From positions 47,678,001 to 47,742,000 of the forward strand of contig OZ076416.1 of assembly GCA_964187785.1 (NCBI GenBank): 64,000 nt of DNA, in the 5' to 3' direction. The position numbers and the translations under genes were made by a program. A model generated the notes under the pieces. It was not told the origin of the DNA, ran no database searches, and worked only from the letters and a program-made list of their open reading frames with translations. The stretch's first letter is position 1. Each line of letters starts with the position of its first letter. The stretch comes from Amphiscolops sp. MND2022 (lineage: Eukaryota). Positions 29,265 to 41,200 of this stretch are shown here, piece by piece.

Positions 29265-32200
29265 TGAAGTCCGAAAAGGTACAGAAGTAACTGGAAGTAA
29301 CCGCTAAGCTAGCCTGCTTGAAAATTTAATCTTTTGTGAGTAAAAACGAAAAAAAGCGAATTGAGTTTAGAGATCTTCGGGAAGTAACTTCAAGACTTTG
29401 TTCTTCTATCTAGAGTGAACTGCGGAAACAATTTGAAGGCTAGCTGAAATAGCTGTTTCAAAGTGCATGAATAACGTTTTACCGGTTAACATCCTAATCG
29501 GGAAAGAAGTATTGGAGCCTTGTCCTGAACAACTCCGGTTGCCAGTTTCGCGTTAATTGTGGGCTCAAAACCAGTGAGGTCTTGCATTTCTCTCTGACAT
29601 GAGAAGCTAAGTATGGACTTACAAAATGTTTTCAAGGAAGTGCATTAACTTCCATGTCGTCAATTCAAAAACCGTGCATTTGAAAGTGTGTTTGACGGAA
29701 TGGATGCAATTACAAAACATTGATAGGTTTTCAAGAAAAATTGAAAGTTTATGCTTGACCAGTGTTTCTTTCCGGACCGTTTGCATACGTACCCTCACAC
29801 TATCAAGCGTGATAGACTCTGTAAACCAAACTATCGAAATATTGAATCTGGAAAACGTCTAGTGCTCCTATGCTTGAGTAATCTCAACTGGATGACTGAG
29901 TCAAAAAGCAGGATTGCGCTCGCGCTCGGAATCGATCTCAATTTACAATGTTCTGAAGTCCGAAAAGGTGCAGAAGTAACTGGAAGTAACCGCTAAGCTA
30001 GCCTGCATGAAATATTAATCTTTTGTGAGTAATAAAGAAAAAAAGGTTAATGAGTTTAGAGATCTTCGAGAAGCAACTTCAAGACTTTGTTCTGCTATCT
30101 AGAGTGAACTGCGGAAACAATTTGAAGGCTAGCTGAAATAGCTGTTTCAAAGTGCATGAATAACGTTTTACCGAATAACATCCTAATCGGGAAAAAAGCA
30201 TTGGAGCCTTGTCCTGAAAAACTCCGGTTGCCAGTTTCGCGTTAATTGTGGACTCAAAACCAGTGAGGTCTTGCATTTCTCTCTGACATGAGAAGCTAAG
30301 TATGGACTTCCAAAATGTTTTCAAGGAAGTGCATTAACTTCCATGTCGTCAATTCAAAAACCGTGCATTTGAAAGTGTGTTTGACGGAATGGATGCAATT
30401 ACAAAACATTGATAGGTTTTCAAGAAAAATTGAAAGTTTATGCTTGACCAGTGTTTCTTTCCGGACCGTTTGCATACGTACCCTCACACTATCAAGCGTG
30501 ATAGACTCTGTAAACCAAACTATCGAAATATTGAATCTGGAAAACGTCTAGTGCTCCTATGCTTGAGTAATCTCAACTGGATGACTGAGTCAAAAAGCAG
30601 GATTGCGCTCGCGCTCGGAATCGATCTCAATTTACAATGTTCTTAAGTCCGAAAAGGTGCAGAGGTAACTGGAAGTAACCGCTAAGCTAGCCTGCTTGAA
30701 AATTCAATCTTTTGTGAGAACAAAAGAAGACATCGAATTGAGTTTGCGAGATCTTCGGGAAGTAACTTCAAGACTTTGTTCTTCTATCTAGAGTGAACTG
30801 CACGAACAAATTAAAGGCTAGCTGAATTGATTGCTCTAAAGGGCATGAATAACATTTTACCTGTTAACATCCTCATCGGGAAAGAAGCATTGGAGACTTG
30901 TCCTGAACAATTCCGGTTTCCAGTTTCGCTTCAATTGTGGGCTCAATACCAGTGATGTCTTACACTTCTCTCTGACCTGAGAAGCTGAGGGTGGACTTAC
31001 AAAATGTTTTCCAGGAAGTTCAAGATTTTACATATCGTTGAATCAAAAAAGCGTGCATATGAAACTTTGCTTGACGGAATGAATGCAAGTTTAAAACATT
31101 GATAGGTTTTCGTGAAAATTCAAAAGTTTATGCTTGATCAGTGTTTCTTTCCGGACTAGTTGCATATGTGCCCTCACACTATCAAGCGTGATAAACTCTC
31201 TAAAACAGACTATCGATGTAATGAATCTGGAAAACTTCTACTGCTCCTATGCTTGAGTAATTTTAAAACATTGATAGGTTTTCGTGAAAGTTCAAAAGTT
31301 TATGCTTGACCAGTGTTTTTTTCCGGACCGTTTGCAAACGAGCCCTCACACATTTAAGCGTGATAGACTCTGTAAGACAAACTATCGATGTAATGAATCT
31401 GGAAAACTTCTACTGTTCCTATGCTTGAGTAATCTCAACTGGATTACTGATTCAAAAAGCAGGATTGCGCTCGCGGTCGGAATCGATCTCAATTTACAAT
31501 GTTCTGAAGTCGGAGAAGGTGCCGAAGTAACTAGAAGTAACTGTTAATCTAGCCTGCTTGAAATTTTAACCATTGTGAGTAAAAAAGAAGAAAGCGAATT
31601 GAGTTTGCGAGATCTTCGCGAAGCAACTTCAAGAATTTGTTCTGCTATCTAGAGTGAACTGCAGAAGCAAATTAAAAACTAGGTGAAATAATTATTTTAA
31701 AGGGCATGAATAACGTTTTACCGGTTAACATCCTCATCGGGAGAGAAGCATTGGAGACTTGTCCTGAACAACTCCAGTTGCCAGTTCCGCTTCAATTGTG
31801 CGCTCGAAACCAGTGAGGTCTTACACTTCTCTCTTATCTGAGAAGCTAAGGATAGACTTACAAAATGTTTTCAAGGAAGTGCAATAATTTCCATGTCGTC
31901 GAATCAAAATCCGTGCAAATGAAACTTTGTTTGACGGAATGGATGAAATTTTAAAACATTGATAGGTTTTTGTGAAACTTCAAAAAACTATTCTTGACCA
32001 GTGTTTCTTTCCGGACCGTTTGCATACGTGCCCTCACTCTATCAAGCGTGATAGACTCTGTAAAACAGACTATTGATGTAATGAATCTGGAAAACTTCTA
32101 ATGCTCCTATGCTTGAATAATCTCAACTGGATGACTGAGTTAAAAAGCAGGATTGCGCTCGCGTTCGGAATCGATCTGAATTTACAATGTTCTGAAGGCC

Positions 32201-35200
32201 GAAAAGGTGCAGAAGTAACAAGATAAAACCGCTAAGCTAGCCTGCTTGAAAATTCAACCTTTTGTGAGAAAAAAAGGAAGAAATCGAATTGAGTTTGCGA
32301 GATCTTCGGGAAGCAACTTCACGACTTTGCTCTGCTATCTAGAGTGAACTTCAGAAACAAATTAAAGGCTAGCTGAAATAATTATTTTAAAGGGCATGAA
32401 TAACGTTTTACCGGTTAACATCCTCATCGGGAAAGAAGCATTGGAGAATTGTCCTAAACTACTCCGGTTGCCAGTTTCGCTTCAATTGTGGGCTCAATAC
32501 CAGTGAGGTCTTGCACTTCTCTCTGACCTCAGAATCTGAGGATGGACTTACAAAATGTTTTCAAGGAAGTGCAGTGATTTCCTTGTCGTCGAATCAAAAA
32601 CCGTGCATATGAAACTTTGTTTGACGGAATGGATGCGATTTTAAAACCTTGATAGGTTTTCTTGAAACTTCAAAAAACTATGGTTGACCAGTGTTTGGTT
32701 CCGGACCATCTGCATACGTGCACTCACTCTATCAAGCGTGATAGACTCTGTAAAACAGACTATCGATGTAATGAATCTGGAAAACTTCTAATGCTCCTAT
32801 GCTTGAATAATCTCATCTGGATGACTGAATCAAAAAGCAGGATTGCGCTCGTTGTCGGAATCAATCTCAATTTACAATGTTCTGAAGGCCGAAAAAGTGC
32901 AGAAGTAACTAGAAGTAACCCCTAAGCTAGCCTGCTTGAAAATTCAACCTTTTGTGAGAAAAAAAGATGAAGTCCAATTGAGTTTGCGAGATCTTCGGGA
33001 GGCAACTTCAAGACTTTGTTCTGCTATCTAGAATGAACTGCAGAAACATATTAAAGGTGAATTAAATAATTTACAGGCATGAATAACGTTTTACTGGTTA
33101 ACATCCTCATCCGGGAAGAAGCATTGGAGACTTGTCCGGAGCAACTCCGGTTGCCAGTTTCGTTTCAATTGTGGGCTCAATACCAGTGAGTTCTTGCACT
33201 TCTCTCTGATCTGAGAATCTAAGGATGAACTTACAAAATGTTTTCAAGGAAGTGCATTGATTTCCTTGTCGTCGAATCAAAAACCGTGCATATGAAACTT
33301 TGTTTGACAGAATGGATGCGATTTTAAAACCTTGATAGGTTTTCATGAAACTTCAAAAAACTATGCTTGAGAAGTGTTTCTTTCCGGACCGTTTGCATAC
33401 GTACCCTCACACTATCAAGCGTGATAGACTCTGTAAACCAAACTATCGAAATATTGAATCTGGAAAACGTCTAGTGCTCCTATGCTTGAGTAATCTCAAC
33501 TGGATGACTGAGTCAAAAAGCAGGATTGCGCTCGCGCTCGGAATCGATCTCAATTTACAATGTTCTGAAGTCCGAAAAGGTGCAGAAGTAACTGGAAGTA
33601 ACCGCTAAGCTAGCCCGCATGAAATATTAATCTTTTGTGAGTAATAAAGAAAAAAAGGTTAATGAGTTTAGAGATCTTCGGGAAGTAAGTTCAAGACTTT
33701 GTTCTTCTATCTAGAGTGAACTGCACGAACAAATTAAAGGCTAGCTGAATTGATTGCTCTAAAGGGCATGAATAACATTTTACCCGTTAACATCCTCATC
33801 GGGAAAGAAGCATTGGAGACTTGTCCTGAACAATTCCGGTTTCCAGTTTCGCTTCAATTGTGGGCTCAAAACCAGTGATGTTTTACACTTCTCTCTGACC
33901 TGAGAAGCTAAGGGTGGACTTACAAAATGTTTTCCAGGAAGTTCAATATTTTCCATATCGTTGAATCAAAAAAGCGTGCATATGAAACTTTGTTTGACGG
34001 AATGAATGCAAGTTTAAAACATTGATACGTTTTCGTGAAAATTCAAAAGTTTATGCTTGATCAGTGTTTCTTTCCGGACTATTTGCATATGTGCCCTCAC
34101 ACTATCAAGCGTGATAAACTCTCTAAAACAGACTATCGATGTAATGAATCTGGAAAAATTCTACTGCTCCTATGCTTGAGTAATTTTAAAACATTGATAG
34201 GTTTTCGTGAAAGTTCAAAAGTTTATGCTTGACCAGTGTTTTTTTCCGGACCGTTTGCATACGAGCCCTCACACTTTTAAGCGTGATAGACTCTGTAAGA
34301 CAAACTATCGATGTAATGAATCTGGAAAACTTCTACTGTTCCTATGCTTAAGTAATCTCAACTGGATTACTGATTCAAAAAGCAGGATTGCGCTCGCGGT
34401 CGGAATCGATCTCAATTTACAATGTTCTGAAGTCGGTGAAGGTGCCGAAGTAACTAGAAGTAACTGTTAATCTAGCCTGCTTGAAATTTTAACCATTGTG
34501 AGTAAAAAAGAAGAAAGCGAATTGAGTTTGCGAGATCTTCGAGAAGCAACTTCAAGAATTTGTTCTGCTATCTAGAGTGAACTGCAGAAGCAAATTAAAA
34601 ACTAGGTGAAATAATTATTTTAAAGGGCATGAATAACGTTTTACCGGTTAACATCCTCATCGGGAAAGAAGCATTGGAGACTTGTCCTGAACAACTCCAG
34701 TTGCCAGTTCCGCTTCAATTGTGCGCTCAAAACCAGTGAGGTCTAACACTTCTCTCTGATCTGAGAAGCTAAGGATAGACTTACAAAATGTTTTCAAGGA
34801 AGTGCAATAATTTCCATGTCGTCGAATTAAAATCCGTGCAAATGAAACTTTGTTTGACGGAATGGATGAAATTTTAAAACATTGATAGGTTTTTGTGAAA
34901 CTTCAAAAAACTATTCTTGACCAGTGTTTCGTTCCAGACCGTTTGCATACGTGCCCTCACTCTATCAAGCGTGATAGACTCTGTAAAACAGACTATCGAT
35001 GTAATGAATCTGGAAAACTTCTAATGCTCCTATGCTTGAATAATCTCAACTGGATGACTGAGTTAAAAAGCAGGATTGCGTTCGCGTTTTGAATCGATCT
35101 CAATTTACAATGTTCTGAAGGCCGAAAAGGTGCAGAAGTAACAAGATAAAACCGCTAAGCTAGCCTGCTTGAAAATTCAACCTTTTGTGAGAAAAAAAAC

Positions 35201-38200
35201 GAAGAAATCGAATTGAGTTTGCGAGATCTTCGGGAAGCAACTTCACGACTTTGCTCTGCTATCTAGAGTGAACTTCAGAAACAAATTAAAGGCTAGCTGA
35301 AATAATTATTTTAAAGGGCATGAATAACGTTTTACCGGTTAACATCCTCATCGGGAAAGAAGCATTGGAGAATTGTCCTAAACTACTCCGGTTGCCAGTT
35401 TCGCTTCAATTGTGGGCTCAATACCAGTGAGGTCTTGCACTTCTCTCTGACCTCAGAATCTAAGGATGGACTTACAAAATGTTTTCAAGGAAGTGCAGTG
35501 ATTTCCTTGTTGTCGAATCAAAAACCGTGCATATGAAACTTTGTTCGACGGAATGGATGCGATTTTAAAAACTTGATAGGTTTTCTTGAAACTTCAAAAA
35601 ACTATGGAAAACTATGGTTGACCAGTGTTTGGTTCCGGACCATCTGCATACGTGCCCTCACTCTATCAAGCGTGGTAGACTCTGTAAAACAGACTATCGA
35701 TGTAATGAATCTGGAAAACTTCTAATGCTCCCATGCTTGAATAATCTCATCTGGATGACTGAATCAAAAAGCAGGATTGCGCTCGTTGTCGGAATCGATC
35801 TCAATTTACAATGTTCTGAAGGCCGAAAAAGTGCAGAAGTAACTAGAAGTAACCCCTAAGCTAGCCTGCTTGAAAATTCAACCTTTTGTGAGAAAAAAGG
35901 AAGAAGTCGAATTGAGTTTGCGAGATCTTCGGGAGGCAACTTCAAGACTTTGTTCTGCTATCTAGAGTGAACTGCAGAAACATATTAAAGGTGAATTAAA
36001 TAATTTAAAGGCATGAATAACGTTTTACCGGTTAACATCCTCATCCGGGAAGAAGCATTGGAGACTTGTCTTGAGCAACTCCGGTTGCCAGTTTCGCTTC
36101 AATTGTGGGCTCAATACCAGTGAGTTCTTGCACTTCTCTCTGACGTGAGAATCTAAGGATGAACTTACAAAATGTTTTCAAGGAAGTGCATTGATTTCCT
36201 TGTCGTCGAATCAAAAACCGTGCATATGAAACTTTGCTTGACGGAATGGATGCGATTTCAAAACCTTGATAGGTTTTCTTGAAACTTCAAAAAACTATGC
36301 TTGACCAGTGTTTCTTTCCGGACCGTTTGCATACGTGCCCTCACTCTATCAAGTGCGATAAGCTCTGTAAAACAGAAAACTATCGATGTAATGAATCTGG
36401 AAAACTTCTAATGCTCCTATGCTTAAAAAATCTCAATGGGATGACTGCGTCAAAAAGCAAGATTGCGCTCGTGGTCGGAATTGGTTTCAATTTACAATGT
36501 TCTGAAGGCCGAAAAGGTGCAGAAGTAACTAGAATTAACAGCTAAGCTAGCCTGCTTGAAAATTCAACCTTTTGTGAGAACAAAAGAAGAAATCGAATTG
36601 AGTTTGCGAGATCTTCGGGAAGCAACTTCAACACATTGTTCTGCTATCTAGAGTGAACTGCAGAAACAAATTAAAGGCAAGGTGAATTACATATATTAAA
36701 GGGCATGAATAACGTTTTACCGGTTAACATCCTCATCGGGAAAGAAGCATTGGAGACTTGTCCTGAACAACTCCAGTTGCCAGTTTTGCTTCAATTGAGG
36801 GCTCAATACCAGTGAAGTCTTGCACTTCACTCGGGCCTGAGAATCTAAGGATGGACTTACAAAATGTTTTCAAGGAAGTGCATTGATTTCCTTGTCGTCG
36901 AAAAAAAACCGTGCATATGAAACTTTGCTTGACGGAATGGATGCGATTTCAAAACTCTGATAGGTTGGCTTGAAACTTCAAAAAACTATGCTTGACCAGT
37001 GTTTCTTTCCGGACCGTTTGCATGCGTGCCCTCACTCTATCAAGCGCGATAGACTCTGTAAAACAGAAGACTATCGATGTAATGAATCTGGAAAACTTCT
37101 AATGCTCCTATGCTTGAGTAATCTCAGTTGGATGACTGAGTCAAAAAGCAGGATTGCGCTCGCGGTCGGAATCGATCTCAATTTACAATGTTCTGAAGTC
37201 TGAAAATGCGCAGAAGTAACAAGAAAAAACCGCTAAGCTAGCCTGCTTGAAAATTCAACCTTTTGTGAGAAAAAAAGAAGAAATCAAATTGAGTTTGCGA
37301 GATCTTCGGGGAGCAACTTCAACACTTTGTTCTGCTATCTAGAGAGAACTGCAGAAACAAATTAAAGGCAAGGTGAATTAAATATACTAAAGGGCATGAA
37401 TGACGTTTTACCGGTTAACATCCTCATCGGGAAAGAAGCATTGGAGACTCGTCCTGAACAACTCCGGTCGGCAGTTTCGCTTCAATTGAGGGCTCAATAC
37501 CAGTGAAGCTTGCACTTCTCTCTGACCTGAGAATCTAAGGATGGACTTACAAAATGTTTTCAAGGAAGTGCATTGATTTCCTTGTCGTCGAATCAAAAAC
37601 CGTGCATGTGAAACTTTGTTTGACGGAATGGATGCGATTTTAAAACCTTGATAGGTTTTCTTGAAACTTCAAAAAACTATGCTTGACCAGTGTTTCTTTC
37701 CGGACCGTTTGCATGCGTGCCCTCACTCTATCAAGCGCGATAGACTCTGTAAAACAGAAGACTATCGATGTAATGAATCTGGAAAACTTCTAATGCTCCT
37801 ATGCTTGAGTAATCTCAGTTGGATGACTGAGTCAAAAAGCAGGATTGCGCTCGCGGTCGGAATCGATCTCAATTTACAATGTTCTGAAGGCTGGAAATGC
37901 GCAGAAGTAACAAGAAAAAACCGCTAAGCTAGCCTGCTTGAAAATTCAACCTTTTGTGAGAAAAAAAGAAGAAATCAAATTGAGTTTGCGAGATCTTCGG
38001 GGAGCAACTTCAACACTTTGTTCTGCTATCTAGAGAGAACTGCAGAAACAAATTAAAGGCAAGGTGAATTAAATATACTAAAGGGCATGAATGACGTTTT
38101 ACCGGTTAACATCCTCATCGGGAAAGAAGCATTGGAGACTCGTCCTGAACAACTCCGGTCGGCAGTTTCGCTTCAATTGAGGGCTCAATACCAGTGAAGC

Positions 38201-41200
38201 TTGCACTTCTCTCTGACCTGAGAATCTAAGGATGGACTTACAAAATGTTTTCAAGGAAGTGCATTGATTTCCTTGTCGTCGAATCAAAAACCGTGCATGT
38301 GAAACTTTGTTTGACGGAATGGATGCGATTTTAAAACCTTGATAGGTTTTCTTGAAACTTCAAAAAACTATGCTTGACCAGTGTTTCTTTCCGGACCGTT
38401 TGCATGCGTGCCCTCACTCTATCAAGCGCGATAGACTCTGTAAAACAGAAGACTATCGATGTAATGAATCTGGAAAACTTCTAATGCTCCTATGCTTGAG
38501 TAATCTCAGTTGGATGACTGAGTCAAAAAGCAGGATTGCGCTCGCGGTCGGAATCGATCTCAATTTACAATGTTCTGAAGGCTGGAAATGCGCAGAAGTA
38601 ACAAGAAAAAACCGCTAAGCTAGCCTGCTTGAAAATTCAACCTTTTGTGAGAAAAAAAGAAGAAATCAAATTGAGTTTGCGAGATCTTCGGGGAGCAACT
38701 TCAACACTTTGTTCTGCTATCTAGAGAGAACTGCAGAAACAAATTAAAGGCAAGGTGAATTAAATATACTAAAGGGCATGAATGACGTTTTACCGGTTAA
38801 CATCCTCATCGGGAAAGAAGCATTGGAGACTCGTCCTGAACAACTCCGGTCGGCAGTTTCGCTTCAATTGAGGGCTCAATACCAGTGAAGCTTGCACTTC
38901 TCTCTGACCTGAGAATCTAAGGATGGACTTACAAAATGTTTTCAAGGAAGTGCATTGATTTCCTTGTCGTCGAATCAAAAACCGTGCATGTGAAACTTTG
39001 TTTGACGGAATGGATGCGATTTTAAAACCTTGATAGGTTTTCTTGAAACTTCAAAAAACTATGCTTGACCAGTGTTTCTTTCCGGACCGTTTGCATACGT
39101 GCCTTCACTCTATCAAGCTTGATAGACTCTTTAAAACAGAAGACTATCGATATATTGATTCTAGAAAACGTCTACTGTTCCTATGCTTGAGTAATCTCAA
39201 CTGGATTACTGAGTCAAAAAGCAGGATTGCGCTCGCGAACAGAATCGATCTCAGTTTACAATGTTCTGAAGGCCGAAAAGGTGCAGAAGTAACTAGAAGT
39301 AACCGCTAAGCTATCCTGCTTGAAAATTCAACCTTTTGTGAGAAAAACAGAAGATATCGAATTGAGTTTGCGAGATCTTCGGGAGGCAACTTCAGGACTT
39401 TGTTCTGCTATCTAAAGTGAACTGCAGAAACAAACTAAAGGCAAGGTGAATGAAATATTTTAAAGGGCATGAATAACGTTTTACCGGTTAACATCCTCAT
39501 CGGGAAAGAAGCATTGGAGACTTGTCCTGAACAACACCAGTTGCCAGTTTCGCTTCAATTGAGGGCTCAATACCAGTGAGGTCTTGCACTTCTCTCGGAC
39601 CTGAGAATCTAAGGATGGACTTACAAAATGTTTTCAAGGAAGTGCATTGATTTCCTTGTCGTCGAAGAGAAAACCGTGCAAATGAAACTTTGTTTGACGG
39701 AATGGATGCGATTTTAAAACCTTGATAGGTTTTCTTGAAACTTCAAAAAACTATGCTTGACCAGTGTTTCTTTCCGGACCGTTTGCATACGTGCCCTCAC
39801 TCCATCAAGCGCGATAGACTCTGTAAAACAGAAGACTATCGATGTAATGAATCTGGAAAACTTCTAATGCTCCTATGCTTGAGTAATCTCAACTGGATGA
39901 CTGAGTCAAAAAGCAGGATTGCGCTCGCGGTCAGAATCGATCTCAATTTACAGTGTTCTGAAGGCCGAAAAGGTGCAGAAGTAACTAGAAGTAACCGCTA
40001 AGCTAGCCTGCTTGAAAATTCAACCTTTTGTGAGAACAAACGAAGATATCGAATTGAGTTTGCGAGATCTTCGGGAAGCAACTTCAACACTTTGTTCTGC
40101 TATCCAGAGTGAACTGCAGAAACAAACTAAAGGCAAGGTGAATTAATCATTTTAGAGGGCATGAATAACGTTTTACCGGTTAACATCCTCATCGGGAAAG
40201 AAGCATTGGAGACTTGTCCTGAACAACTCCAGTTGCCAGTTTCGCTTCAATTGAGGGCTCAATACCAGTGAGGTCTTGCACTTCTCTCTGACCTCAGAAT
40301 CTAAGGATGGACTTACAAAATGTTTTCAAGGAAGTGCATTGATTTCCTTGTCGTCGAAGAGAAAACCGTGCATATGAAACTTTGTTTGACGGAATGGATG
40401 CGATTTTAAAACCTTGATAGGTTTTCTTGAAACTTCAAAAAACTATGCTTGACCAGTGTTTCTTTCCGGACCGTTTGCATACGTGCCCTCACTCTATCAA
40501 GCGCGATAGACTCAGTAAAACAGAAGACTATCGATGTAATGAATCTGGAAAACTTCTAATGCTCCTATGCTTGAGTAGTCTCAACTGGATGACTGAGTCA
40601 AAAAGCAGGATTGCGCTCGCGGTCGGAATCGATCTCAATTTACAGTGTTCTGAAGGCCGAAAAGGTGCAGAAGTAACTAGAAGTAACCGCTAAGCTAGCC
40701 TGCTTGAAAATTCAACCTTTTGTGAGAACAAAAGAAGACATCGAATTGAGTTTGCGAGATCTTCGGGAAGCAACTTCAACAGTTTGTTCTGCTATCCAGA
40801 GTGAACTGCAGAAACAAACTAAAGGCAAGGTGAATTAATCATTTTAGAGGGCATGAATAACGTTTTACCGGTTAACATCCTCATCGGGAAAGAAGCATTG
40901 GAGACTTGTCCTGAACAACTCCAGTTGCCAGTTTCGCTTCAATTGAGGGCTCAATACCAGTGAGGTCTTGCACTTCTCTCTGACCTCAGAATCTAAGGAT
41001 GGACTTACAAAATGTTTTCAAGGAAGTGCATTGATTTCCTTGTCGTCGAAGAGAAAACCGTGCATATGAAACTTTGTTTGACGGAATGGATGCGATTTTA
41101 AAACCTTGATAGGTTTTCTTGAAACTTCAAAAAACTATGCTTGACCAGTGTTTCTTTCCGGACCGTTTGCATACGTGCCCTCACTCTATCAAGCGCGATA

